Shown here piece after piece: positions 29,656 to 39,370 of a stretch of 64,000 nt of DNA. Numbering within the stretch: position 1 is the first letter of the stretch; each line of letters opens with the position of its first letter. The position numbers and the translations under genes were made by a program. This DNA is from a virus: IMG/VR virus record IMGVR_UViG_3300023174_000159, positions 2,837-66,836 of that record. One strand, given 5' to 3'. The notes under the pieces were generated by a model. That model searched no databases, had not been told where the DNA came from, and saw only the letters and a list, made by a program, of their open reading frames with translations.

Positions 29656-29769
29656 TTGACAAATGAAAAAACCATATTACATATGGGTGGTGGGTGGGAT
29701 TTGATATATATATAATATTATATATAATTATTATTGTATTATTATTATTAATATATAATTATATAATAT
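29656..29769 (+). other. Candidate replication origin: TTGACA promoter element, G-tract and AT-only unwinding element
   Basis: TTGACA at 29656; GGGTGGTGGGTGGG at 29685-29698; 29704-29769 contains no C and one G. Confidence 0.4.
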
Positions 29770-30201
29770 ATGTTAAATTGGATAAATTTACCTGATGAAA
29801 CTAATAATTTTCATGGCTTTGTATACATTATAAATAATAATTATCCAAACTCAGAAAAAAAATATTATATTGGTTGTAAAAAATTGTTAAAACGATTAAA
29901 AAGAAAACCATTAAAAGGTAAAAAAAGAAGTAGAATATCATATGTTGATAATAATGTAAATTCTTATTGGGGAAGTTCAGAAGAATTAAAAAAAGATATT
30001 GAAAAATACGGTTTAGAACATTTTGAACGAAAAGTTTTACATATGTGTGAAAATCAATGGGAAATGAAATTTTTAGAAATGTATGAACAAATGAAAAATA
30101 ATGTATTATTTGACAAATCATCATACAATGGCATAATAAATGTTAGGATTAATTCAGTTCCGAAATCCTTAGAGGAAAAATACAAAAATTTTAAATTTTA
30201 A
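29770..30201 (+). CDS. GIY-YIG endonuclease (EndoII/Seg-like)
   Basis: GFVYII...YYIGCK, YWGSS, conserved E, YNG.I. Confidence 0.85.
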   Translation: MLNWINLPDETNNFHGFVYIINNNYPNSEKKYYIGCKKLLKRLKRKPLKGKKRSRISYVDNNVNSYWGSSEELKKDIEKYGLEHFERKVLHMCENQWEMKFLEMYEQMKNNVLFDKSSYNGIINVRINSVPKSLEEKYKNFKF

Positions 30202-30744
30202 ATGCATTTTATCAAAAAAACCACAAATAATTCTACAATTTCATTAATTTTTGAAAAAGAAAACAAAGAAATTGTAGATATTGACTATATTTTTAAAAAA
30301 ACTAATGATAATTTCTGCATTTATTTGAATAATTTATCATTACCAGTGACATTTGATTTTAAAAACAGAGATAATAAAAAAATTTATATGAATGAGTTTA
30401 TAAAAACATTTACTCATTATGTGAAATTTAGAGAAAATAATGAAAAATTGTACTTTTATAGCAATCCTTTGACAAAAGATGAATTTAGAAATAAATTAAT
30501 TTTAAAATTAAAAACATTATTTGGAATAACTATTCTACAAGAATATAAAAGTCTTGAAAATATAGCAACATTATTAGAAATTGGATGTTGCGAAACCGTT
30601 ACAAAACTCATAAATTTTTTAAATGAAGAGAGAAAAACAAAATCATTCAAACAAATTAAAAAATATTTAGAAAAGCACGGTTTTGTATATCTGAATGATG
30701 TTTATTTCAATGATTTTTCCAATAAGCTGTGCTTGTTTACATAA
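30202..30744 (+). CDS. Hypothetical protein
   Basis: 180-aa ORF abutting the GIY-YIG gene. Confidence 0.55.
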   Translation: MHFIKKTTNNSTISLIFEKENKEIVDIDYIFKKTNDNFCIYLNNLSLPVTFDFKNRDNKKIYMNEFIKTFTHYVKFRENNEKLYFYSNPLTKDEFRNKLILKLKTLFGITILQEYKSLENIATLLEIGCCETVTKLINFLNEERKTKSFKQIKKYLEKHGFVYLNDVYFNDFSNKLCLFT

Positions 30745-30753
30745 ATATTATGT

Positions 30754-31128
30754 ATGAGTAAATTTATTCAATTAATAGAAGATTTTGATCCATCAAATGA
30801 TAAAAATCCAATCAATGCATCATATGAATTTATAAATTTCTTAAAAAATAATGATATAAAATATGGAAGAGTCAAACCCAACACTTTTTATATTCATGAC
30901 AAAGCTGATTTGAATAAAGTTTTTGTAATCGAAGTGAAGGATGTTGTTAACACTAAACCATCCGAAGAAGATGGTGAAGTAGAAACCGTTGTGGATACAT
31001 TAGCTGATACAGATCCAAAAGCGGCTAAAGCAAAACAAGACCGAATGAAAGCCGTTAAAGTTTTAGGTTCCAAGGCTTTACCGAAATATGTTCAAAAAAC
31101 TACAGAATTATTAAAAGCCAGAATTTAA
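30754..31128 (+). CDS. Hypothetical late protein
   Basis: TAAATA-N6-ATG. Confidence 0.6.
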   Translation: MSKFIQLIEDFDPSNDKNPINASYEFINFLKNNDIKYGRVKPNTFYIHDKADLNKVFVIEVKDVVNTKPSEEDGEVETVVDTLADTDPKAAKAKQDRMKAVKVLGSKALPKYVQKTTELLKARI

Positions 31129-31493
31129 TGAAAAGTAAAACACTACAACTTATAAACAAATATTCTAAAATTCTCAAAGAACAAGGAGAGTTAGAAGGTC
31201 AACAGGTGGATGCAACACAAGATATCGGAGCGACTGATGTCGTTGAACCTCCAGTACAACAAGAACTACCATTCACGGCAGAATCTGAAAATGATTATAT
31301 AATGCAAATGTTATATGCTGCTAAATTTGAACCAACACCTGAGCAAAATACAGAACTTGATAATCTTATTGATAAGATGAAAAGTAAAGAAGTAAAAAAT
31401 TCAAGATCTGAAATATTGCCAATTATTCAACAAATGATAAGTTCCGAAGTAGAATCAACTCAACTTAGAAATCTTTCTGATCAAATAGATTAA
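31128..31493 (+). CDS. Hypothetical acidic protein
   Basis: TAATG coupling to the upstream gene. Confidence 0.6.
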   Translation: MKSKTLQLINKYSKILKEQGELEGQQVDATQDIGATDVVEPPVQQELPFTAESENDYIMQMLYAAKFEPTPEQNTELDNLIDKMKSKEVKNSRSEILPIIQQMISSEVESTQLRNLSDQID

Positions 31494-31501
31494 ATAATAT
31501 T

Positions 31502-32050
31502 ATGAATTTTAAATTAAAGGAAAATGGATTGATTTGGGAAAATTATGCCAACATCCCAAGTATGAAAAAAAGACAATTCTCTTCTGATGAATCTGAAGAA
31601 AAAAAAGATCATGGATTTGATAGTGAAAAATCAGATCTTAATCATGATGGTGAGATTTCAGAATATGAAAGAACTAGAGGAATGGCTATAGCAAACTCCA
31701 TGAGTAATGATCCAGAAGACGATGAAGATTTTTATGACGATGATGAGTCAGATGATGGTAAAAGCGTTGTAATGTCTTTTGATACAGCAGAACCAGTTGA
31801 AACAGAATATAAAGAAGAAGAACCTGATGAGGACGATCATGAAAGAAATGAAATGATCAAATCTGAAATTAAAAAACTCTGTGAATTTGCAAAAAGATTG
31901 GAAAACATGGCATGCGATGCAAATTTTGAAGAGTGGATGGTTGCTAAAATTACCAAAGCTGCTGATTATACTTCAGATGTATACTTCAGAGTAAGTGCAA
32001 AGGCGGATTATGCCAATGGTTCTCATGACTATGACGAAGACGAATATTAA
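31502..32050 (+). CDS. Acidic late protein with an EF-hand-like loop
   Basis: DLNHDGEISEYE; C-terminal EEWMVAKITKAADY; TAAATA-N5-ATG. Confidence 0.65.
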   Translation: MNFKLKENGLIWENYANIPSMKKRQFSSDESEEKKDHGFDSEKSDLNHDGEISEYERTRGMAIANSMSNDPEDDEDFYDDDESDDGKSVVMSFDTAEPVETEYKEEEPDEDDHERNEMIKSEIKKLCEFAKRLENMACDANFEEWMVAKITKAADYTSDVYFRVSAKADYANGSHDYDEDEY

Positions 32051-32053
32051 AAA

Positions 32054-32500
32054 ATGAAGAGTTTCGAATCATTTTTTTATGAAAAATTAGTTCTTGGATT
32101 GATAGAAGATATCCACATAGATGGTATTGGTACGATTTCATCTAAATTAGATACTGGCAATGGAGCACATAATGTATTGCATGGAGAAGATATTGAAATA
32201 GATACCAAGAATAAAGTAGTTAGATTTACAACAGTTCATTCAATTTCTTTAGAAAAGGAGCTATTGGATTTGATAACTATAAACATAGGAGCGAACAAAC
32301 AAGAACGCCGCCCTGTTGTTAATTTTAATTTAAAAATGGGAAATAATGTATATAAAAATATTCCATTCAGCATCGGTAATAGAGCATCAAATATTCATAA
32401 AATTTTAATAGGTAAACCATTCATTGAAAATGATTTAAATGCATTAATAGATGTAAGTGTAAATAATGTAGTAGACAAAAATTTAGAAGTTAATATATGA
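32054..32500 (+). CDS. Retropepsin-like aspartic peptidase (RimK-associated protease family)
   Basis: SKLDTGN, RRPVV, FSIGNR....KILIGK.F. Confidence 0.8.
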   Translation: MKSFESFFYEKLVLGLIEDIHIDGIGTISSKLDTGNGAHNVLHGEDIEIDTKNKVVRFTTVHSISLEKELLDLITINIGANKQERRPVVNFNLKMGNNVYKNIPFSIGNRASNIHKILIGKPFIENDLNALIDVSVNNVVDKNLEVNI

Positions 32501-32916
32501 AAAAATACTCACAAAAAGAATTATTAGAAGAAGGTTTCTGGAAGGGCGTTGGAAGTGCCATTAAAGGTGTTGCAAGAGGCGCTGATTATATTGTTGGTCA
32601 AGTTGCTCCAAAAGCTCAAAGTCTTTATAAAGACCCTTATAATGCTGCTAAGGGGTTAGTTCGTGCTGTTCAAGGAAAACCCCCAATCAATAACAAAACA
32701 AGAAGAACTGGTAATAATACATCAAATATAAGTCCTCAAGAAATGGCAAATATAAAAAGAGGATTAACAAGTAAAGGTATAACTTTACTAAATATTCCAA
32801 AATTAAGTTATACAGATCAAAATACACGAGTTAAGTACTACAATGTTGAAATTGAAAGTAATGGTAGACGAATTAGAGCTATTGTGGATGCAAATGGAAA
32901 TTTTCCAACTCCGTAA
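32497..32916 (+). CDS. Hypothetical protein, possible head-internal protein
   Basis: MKKYSQKELLEEG N-terminus followed by an amphipathic Gly/Ala helix. Confidence 0.6.
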   Translation: MKKYSQKELLEEGFWKGVGSAIKGVARGADYIVGQVAPKAQSLYKDPYNAAKGLVRAVQGKPPINNKTRRTGNNTSNISPQEMANIKRGLTSKGITLLNIPKLSYTDQNTRVKYYNVEIESNGRRIRAIVDANGNFPTP

Positions 32917-32917
32917 T

Positions 32918-32945
32918 TTGACATTTTTATTATTTTGACTAAAAT
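32918..32945 (+). promoter_or_regulatory. Sigma70-type early promoter
   Basis: TTGACA-N16-TAAAAT-N6-ATG(32952). Confidence 0.7.
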
Positions 32946-32951
32946 ATAATT

Positions 32952-33161
32952 ATGAAGGTTGAAATTAAAACAAATAATGATGAATTATTTCATTTTGTAG
33001 AAACAAAAGAAAATAATAAAGTAGAATCTGAAACAGTTACTACTGAAATTCAAGAAGATACTCTAGGAATTATTTCACCAGCTCAAAGACCAGCGCCAAG
33101 ATCAGCACCTATCGAAAATAACAAAGGTGCTGGTTGGTTTGCAGGAACGAGTTGGGAGTAA
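32952..33161 (+). CDS. Hypothetical protein
   Basis: 69 aa with its own promoter. Confidence 0.55.
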   Translation: MKVEIKTNNDELFHFVETKENNKVESETVTTEIQEDTLGIISPAQRPAPRSAPIENNKGAGWFAGTSWE

Positions 33162-33905
33162 TTAAACGCCTAATACGCTGGTAATATGCTTTAATATAGG
33201 GCTTCTGACAACATCATCAGTATCGAATTTCATACAATGTATGTTATTTTTTCTTGAATGTTCAGTATCAAACAATTGATGTATTTTTTCAAATCCTGAA
33301 TCTTTAATATCACATTGTTTAGCATCTCCACAAACGATATATTTGCTGTTTCTACCAAATCTGGTTAAAATAGTTGTCAACTCTCCCCTACTCATATTTT
33401 GCGCTTCATCAATAATAACAAATGAATCATGAAATGTTAATCCTCTAACGAAATTAACAGGTATTGCTCTTATATATTTCTGACTTAACAGCATATTTGA
33501 TACTGTTGGATCGACAATTTCATTTAATTTATCCATCAATGGCATGGTATAAGGACTGAATTTTTCATCAAGTTCCCCAGGTAGAGCACCCATGCTTCTA
33601 GATGAGCTTTCCACAACAGATCTAATATAAATTATTTGATCTACTTTATTTTCCTTTAGATGTTCTAAAGCTGCATATACAGACATGTATGTTTTATTTG
33701 TACCTGCAAGTCCATCTATGAACATAATATGCGTATTGGGATCATTTATGGTATAATAAGATTGAGTTTGATTTTCAGTAAATGGAAAGTGTTTTTTTAA
33801 ATTAATCTTGTCAAAATCGAAATTTTTCTTATAAGATTCGATAAATTCGTTTTCAAAATCTGATGATGATTCTTTACGTTTGCGCGTAGGTTTTCTTGTG
33901 CTCAT
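33162..33905 (-). CDS. phoH: PhoH-like ATPase
   Basis: GLAGTNKT, RSVVE, GALPG, RGLTF, IIDEAQN, TRFG, GD..QCD, DVVRS. Confidence 0.95.
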   Translation of the reverse strand: MSTRKPTRKRKESSSDFENEFIESYKKNFDFDKINLKKHFPFTENQTQSYYTINDPNTHIMFIDGLAGTNKTYMSVYAALEHLKENKVDQIIYIRSVVESSSRSMGALPGELDEKFSPYTMPLMDKLNEIVDPTVSNMLLSQKYIRAIPVNFVRGLTFHDSFVIIDEAQNMSRGELTTILTRFGRNSKYIVCGDAKQCDIKDSGFEKIHQLFDTEHSRKNNIHCMKFDTDDVVRSPILKHITSVLGV

Positions 33906-34021
33906 GTATTAATATTTAACTGAAAATATGACCCCCCAATTCAATATTCAATAACAATCCAAATAGCTAAATAATATAACCAAACAGCTTGACTTTTCTA
34001 AAATTTAGGTAAAATATCTGA

Positions 34022-34756
34022 ATGAGAATAGCTATAAGCGGTGCTTCTAATTCTGGCAAAACAACATTAATTAACGCATTTCTTCGAAGATGGCCTATGT
34101 ATGGAACTCCGATGAAATCTTATAGAGAATTGATAAATGAACATGAGTTAAACCACTCTTCTAAAACAAGCGAAGAAACGCAACTTTTGATTTTGGATTC
34201 TATGATGAAGATCCAAGAACAATACAAGTCGAGTGATAATGTAATTTTAGATAGATGCACATGGGACAATTTAGCATACACTTTAGTTGCAAATTCTTAT
34301 GAACAAGTTTCTGATGAAGTCACAGCTGCTTCTATTTCATTTGTGAAAGAAAGCATGAAAAATATAGATATTATTTTCTGGTTGGAATATGACTCGGATA
34401 TTAAAATTTTAGACAACGGAGTGAGAGATTCTAATCTTGATTATATAAAAGAAGTTAATGGTGTATTTGCTCAACTATATGAGCATTATAATGATAACTT
34501 AGAATCTGATATATTTTATCCAAAGGAAGATTGTCCTGCTATTATACCAGTAGAAGGCAAAACTGTTGATGATAGATTATTTTATATTTCTCAATTTATT
34601 GATGAAAAAGGAGAATTGATTGAACCAGATAGTGATTTATTCAGCGAAGAAAACCTTCAAATATTAGAACAGATGCTCACTGATCAAACTAAGGCAAAGT
34701 CTGATGATCAAGAGGTTATTAAATTAATGAAAGAAATTAGCAAAATTAAAAAGTAA
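34022..34756 (+). CDS. P-loop nucleotide kinase-like ATPase (AAA_28/dNMP-kinase-like)
   Basis: IAISGASNSGKTT, ILDRCTWDNLAY, DNGVR. Confidence 0.75.
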   Translation: MRIAISGASNSGKTTLINAFLRRWPMYGTPMKSYRELINEHELNHSSKTSEETQLLILDSMMKIQEQYKSSDNVILDRCTWDNLAYTLVANSYEQVSDEVTAASISFVKESMKNIDIIFWLEYDSDIKILDNGVRDSNLDYIKEVNGVFAQLYEHYNDNLESDIFYPKEDCPAIIPVEGKTVDDRLFYISQFIDEKGELIEPDSDLFSEENLQILEQMLTDQTKAKSDDQEVIKLMKEISKIKK

Positions 34757-35571
34757 TGTCAGATAAACAAAAAATAGGCGTTGGAATTATTACTTATAAT
34801 AGACCTGAAGGTTTAAAAAAACTTTTAGATAGTATTTCTTATTGCAATTTTATTGATTTAATTATCATAAATGATGGAGAACCTATAGATAACTTACCAG
34901 GATATAATTATTATTTAGAAAATAATGAAACAAATTTAGGCGTTGGTAAATCCAAAAATAAAGCATTAAAACATTTAATGGATAAAGGGTGTGATCATTT
35001 CTTTCTCATAGAAGATGACATCTACATCAAAGATGAAGCCGTTTTTCAAAAATATATCAACGCTTCAAAGGTTTCTGGAATACAGCACTTTAATTTTTCA
35101 CAACACGGTATGATGAATAAGTCATGGCCTGATGGTAAAGCAAATCCTTTGCTTGTAATTGATTATGGATCTATAAAAATTCCATTATATATGGCTACAG
35201 TTGGAGCATTTTCTTATTATTCAAGACTTTGCATAGAACAAGTTGGATATATGGATGAAAGATATTATAATGCGTGTGAACATGTAGATCATACATATGA
35301 AATTATTAAAAAAGGCATGCACCCCCCGTTTTGGTATAATGCTGATATTGAAAACTCTTGGGAATATTTGGGTGATGAAACTTGGAGCGTAGAGCAATCT
35401 ACAATTTCATCAAAAAATAATCATCAGCAAATTGTATCAAAGGCGGATGAGATTTTCTTTTTAAAACATGGTTATGTTCCTAGAGCAGTGCCATTCTCTA
35501 AAGAAGACGAAGTAATACAATCTATTAAAAAAATTAAAAAACAATATGGATCTGACGTTAGTAACTTGTAA
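34756..35571 (+). CDS. Glycosyltransferase GT2-like
   Basis: GIITYNR, IINDG, NLGVGKSKN, FLIEDD, GYMDE, EHVDH. Confidence 0.88.
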   Translation: MSDKQKIGVGIITYNRPEGLKKLLDSISYCNFIDLIIINDGEPIDNLPGYNYYLENNETNLGVGKSKNKALKHLMDKGCDHFFLIEDDIYIKDEAVFQKYINASKVSGIQHFNFSQHGMMNKSWPDGKANPLLVIDYGSIKIPLYMATVGAFSYYSRLCIEQVGYMDERYYNACEHVDHTYEIIKKGMHPPFWYNADIENSWEYLGDETWSVEQSTISSKNNHQQIVSKADEIFFLKHGYVPRAVPFSKEDEVIQSIKKIKKQYGSDVSNL

Positions 35572-36289
35572 TTATAATACACCTGATTTAATAATAAAAT
35601 TATTACAAAGTGTAAAAAATACATCATCACAATTACCAAATGTTATTGTGATGAACACATCAACAGATGAAGAATCTGATAAAATTCTTTCAGATTATGG
35701 CATACCTTATTATAATTTAAAAGGGGGAACTCACGGAGAAGCTGTTAATTTAGCTTTAAAAAAAATCAAAACTAAATATGCTATTTTAGTAGATTCAGAT
35801 GTTATTTTTTTGAAGGATTTCTTACCAGCTTTTGAGAAATTTAAACTGCAAAATTTATCATTAATGGGTAAAGTTGTTGGAAATATCGGTGGTAAAAATC
35901 TCCACGAAAGAGTACAACCTTGGTATTGTTTTTTAGATTGTGCTAAATTAAAAAACCATAATATTCAATTCTTTGATAAAAAACGAGTTAAACAAAGCAG
36001 AGAAGAAAATATAAAGATTTACGATATAGGATCAACTATGTTTGAAGATATCCAAAGGGCCGATTTGTTGATTGGTGATGTTGATTTAGAAAATAAATAT
36101 TTTAAACATTATGGTGGTATGTCTTGGTATTGTCAAAAATATAATCCATCAAATGATGATAATGATATTGATTTTGGTGGAACGCATCCACATGAAATTT
36201 TTTGGAATGTTGGTCAACAGATAAGAAACCAATATAATATTGAAACTGAATTTTTAAAAGATATAGATATTAAATCACTTTTTAAATGA
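35546..36289 (+). CDS. Glycosyltransferase GT2-like
   Basis: VTCNYNT, HGEAVN, ILVDSDV, YDIGS, HYGGMSW. Confidence 0.8.
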   Translation: MDLTLVTCNYNTPDLIIKLLQSVKNTSSQLPNVIVMNTSTDEESDKILSDYGIPYYNLKGGTHGEAVNLALKKIKTKYAILVDSDVIFLKDFLPAFEKFKLQNLSLMGKVVGNIGGKNLHERVQPWYCFLDCAKLKNHNIQFFDKKRVKQSREENIKIYDIGSTMFEDIQRADLLIGDVDLENKYFKHYGGMSWYCQKYNPSNDDNDIDFGGTHPHEIFWNVGQQIRNQYNIETEFLKDIDIKSLFK

Positions 36290-37038
36290 ATAATTGTTTT
36301 GTAAAAGTTTGCGGGGGTTTAGGAAATCAACTATTTCAAGTAGCTGCTGCTTATTCGTATTGTAAAAAATATAATAAGAAATTATATATAGATATATCAG
36401 ATTGGAGTGCTTCCCAAGGAAATAATCCAACAAATTACAAAGATTCTATATTTAAAAATTTTGAATATCATTTTTATTCCACTCCAGAAACTACACAAAT
36501 AAATGAAGATGATTTAGTTTATAAAGAACTTCCATTTTATGATGGAGATGTATCATTGCATGGTTACTTTCAATCTGAAAAATATTTTACAGAATATAAA
36601 CAAGAATTTATAAATTTATTAAATTTACCAGATGTTAATAAATCATTTATAGAAGAACAGAATGTAGCCTTTCATATAAGAAGAGGTGATTATATCACTT
36701 ATGCACACATATATAATGTTTGCAATACTGATTATTTTAATAATCAGTTTGATAATTTTAAAGATTATCAAATAAATGTTTTTACTGACTCTCCAGATAT
36801 TGTATCTAAAGAATTTAAAAATAAAAAATTTAATTTAATCATATCAAATTCTGAATTAGAAGACTTGACTTTAATGAGTTCACATACAAATATAGTATGT
36901 AGTAATTCAACATTTTCTTGGTGGGCATCACTATTAGGTAAAGAAAAAAACAATATAATAGTTCCAGATAGATGGTTTAACAATACTCAAAATCATTATG
37001 ACATATACAGATCAGACTTTACAAAAATTGAAGTATAA
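36286..37038 (+). CDS. Alpha-1,2-fucosyltransferase-like (GT11)
   Basis: GGLGNQLFQ, GYFQSEKYF, HIRRGDY, FTD, NSTFSWWA. Confidence 0.92.
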   Translation: MNNCFVKVCGGLGNQLFQVAAAYSYCKKYNKKLYIDISDWSASQGNNPTNYKDSIFKNFEYHFYSTPETTQINEDDLVYKELPFYDGDVSLHGYFQSEKYFTEYKQEFINLLNLPDVNKSFIEEQNVAFHIRRGDYITYAHIYNVCNTDYFNNQFDNFKDYQINVFTDSPDIVSKEFKNKKFNLIISNSELEDLTLMSSHTNIVCSNSTFSWWASLLGKEKNNIIVPDRWFNNTQNHYDIYRSDFTKIEV

Positions 37039-37798
37039 TTTAACTGAAACTTCATTTATAATACATTTTAGAAAAGATTCGGATGATAGAATTTTTAATC
37101 TTAAATGTATTTTAAATTATTTTGATACTTATATTGATTATAAAGAATTATTTATAATTAATGATGATTCTGAATTAGATAGTGAATTGGAAAAACTTAA
37201 AGAGAAATATCCAAAAATATCAATAGGATTTTTTAAGAATGATGATATCTATCAAAGAACTTTATGTTTCAATAAAATTGCAACAATAGCAACTGGTAAA
37301 GTTTTATGTTTTTATGATACTGATGTTTTAGTAAAACCAGAATACTTGCAACATTCTCAAAAATTAATATTGAATGGTTCATTAGATCACGTTTATCCAT
37401 ATAATGGTCTTTTTGTAGATGTTAAAAAAGAACACAGAGAATTATTAGTAGAGTTTAATTTTTCTAAATTAGAATCGTTATTATTAGAACGACACATAGG
37501 TTATGATAATGAATACATGACAGTAGCGCATGATCATTCTGTGGGTGGTATCAACATGCTATCTAAAATAGCATTTGATAGAATCGAAGGATATAATACC
37601 AATTTTATAGGATGGGGATGTGAAGATGTTGATATATATACTAAATCAGGTTTTAAAAATAAAGTAGCTGGGATAAGTTCACCAGATGCTATATGTTGGC
37701 ATATTCATCATGATAACACTATCAGAACAGAGCATAAATATTATCAAAATAATGTGAATTTATTATATAGGAATAATAAATTAATTAAAAAAAAATGA
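36998..37798 (+). CDS. Glycosyltransferase (GT2/GT7 C-terminal-like)
   Basis: DRIFNL, FYDTDV, VYPY, SVGG, GYNTNFIGWGCED, WHIHH. Confidence 0.82.
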   Translation: MTYTDQTLQKLKYNLTETSFIIHFRKDSDDRIFNLKCILNYFDTYIDYKELFIINDDSELDSELEKLKEKYPKISIGFFKNDDIYQRTLCFNKIATIATGKVLCFYDTDVLVKPEYLQHSQKLILNGSLDHVYPYNGLFVDVKKEHRELLVEFNFSKLESLLLERHIGYDNEYMTVAHDHSVGGINMLSKIAFDRIEGYNTNFIGWGCEDVDIYTKSGFKNKVAGISSPDAICWHIHHDNTIRTEHKYYQNNVNLLYRNNKLIKKK

Positions 37799-38493
37799 AG
37801 AAACGATTTTCAATATGTATACCTGTGTGGGAACAGCACGGATTTGGTCTTCAGTATTTGAAAGATCTAATTCATTCAATCCAAATCCAAACATTTCAGG
37901 ATTGGGAGATTGTGATTTCTGATCATAGTAAAAATTTTAATATTTTTGATTTTTGTTTAGCGGAATCGGAGAAAGATTATATATTACGATATTTCAAATA
38001 TGAGGAAAAATATGGTAATGGTGTTTCAAATCTCAACAATGTTTTAAAAAAAGCCGAAGGTGAAATTATCAAGATCATGTTTCAAGATGACTTCATGTTT
38101 GACCGAAGATGTTTGGAAAAATTTGATGAAGTATTCCAGTATAAAAATAATAAATGGGCTGTTTGTGGATGTAATCATACGAGAGATGGTGTGAATTTTG
38201 AGAAATTCATGGTTCCGTACTGGAATGATAAATTGTTGGAAGGTGTGAACACAATCAGTTCCCCATCCGTTCTGGCATTTAGAAATGGAAACATTGAATT
38301 GTTTGATGAAAACTTGACAATGCTCATGGATGTGGCATACTATTACCGATTGGGAGAAAAATACGGATTACCTATGGTGATTGAAGATTGTTTGGTGACG
38401 AATCGGTGTCATGAGAATCAAATTAGTAATAAGTATTCTGGAAATTTGGGAGAAGAGATAAGGTATTGTAAGGAAAAATATGATAGTAACTGA
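37795..38493 (+). CDS. Glycosyltransferase GT2
   Basis: SICIP, Q.F.DWEIVISDHS, KIMFQDD, ISSPSV, FDENL.MLMD. Confidence 0.85.
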   Translation: MKKRFSICIPVWEQHGFGLQYLKDLIHSIQIQTFQDWEIVISDHSKNFNIFDFCLAESEKDYILRYFKYEEKYGNGVSNLNNVLKKAEGEIIKIMFQDDFMFDRRCLEKFDEVFQYKNNKWAVCGCNHTRDGVNFEKFMVPYWNDKLLEGVNTISSPSVLAFRNGNIELFDENLTMLMDVAYYYRLGEKYGLPMVIEDCLVTNRCHENQISNKYSGNLGEEIRYCKEKYDSN

Positions 38494-39370
38494 AATATAT
38501 AATGGACAAGGATTAGGTAATCAACTCGCTTGTTATGTGACAACGCGAGTGGTTGCCAAAGATTTGGGATATGATTTTGGGATCATGAATCCGCACAAGT
38601 TCAAGTGTTTGGATTTCATGGATTTGGATTTTGGATTACCCGTTACGGGTGGTTCAGGGAGAGAAGGAGGGCCACCTGATACGCTTCCCGATGGTATCCA
38701 GCACTATTTCAAGGAAAGATGGTTGTATCTTCCCAATGGCTCCAATGTAACTATTGACGATCTCAATCTGGAACTGATCCAAGATAATACCAAAATTGAT
38801 GGTATTTTTCAATCAGAAGATAGAATCATTCATCGCAAGAATGAGATTCGTCAATGGTTGAAGGTGAAACCAGAAAAAGATTGTTATGATTATTCTGATC
38901 CAAATATTTGCATCATTAATTATCGGGGGGGAGAATACGCCAGTGTTTCGGATTTTCATTTAAATGGAAAGTATTGGGAGTATGCGATTAAAAAGATGCA
39001 GACGATAAATATAAATTTCCGATTTGTAGTAATCACGGATGATGTTGAACGGGCAAGCGCACAATTTCCAGATTTTGAAGTGAAACATTTTGATATTGGC
39101 AAGGATTTCTCAATCATCAAAAACGCCCACTATTTGATTCTGTCGAATTCTAGCTTCCCATATTTTGCCACTCTTCTGAGTGACACCGTAAAATATATAC
39201 TAGCTCCAAAATATTGGGGTAGGCACAACATCTCTGATGGTTATTGGGCATGTGGCTACAACATTTTCAGGGATCATGTCTATATTGATAGGGGAGGATC
39301 ATTGTTTGGATATGATGAATGTGTTGAGGAATTTGAAAAATACAAAAAAAGAACAGGAATTTATGGGTAA
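38480..39370 (+). CDS. GT11-like fucosyltransferase (second copy)
   Basis: GQGLGNQL, G.FQSE, INYRGGEY, VITDD, LILSNSSF, APKYW. Confidence 0.8.
   Translation: MIVTEIYNGQGLGNQLACYVTTRVVAKDLGYDFGIMNPHKFKCLDFMDLDFGLPVTGGSGREGGPPDTLPDGIQHYFKERWLYLPNGSNVTIDDLNLELIQDNTKIDGIFQSEDRIIHRKNEIRQWLKVKPEKDCYDYSDPNICIINYRGGEYASVSDFHLNGKYWEYAIKKMQTININFRFVVITDDVERASAQFPDFEVKHFDIGKDFSIIKNAHYLILSNSSFPYFATLLSDTVKYILAPKYWGRHNISDGYWACGYNIFRDHVYIDRGGSLFGYDECVEEFEKYKKRTGIYG

Noticed and set aside
29683-29715. Mini-ORF MGGGWDLIYI in the G-tract region
   Set aside because: Ten codons of low-complexity sequence; a non-coding explanation is simpler
39237-39362. Extended N-terminus of fcl
   Set aside because: Overlaps the upstream GT11; the Rossmann motif begins at ATG 39363
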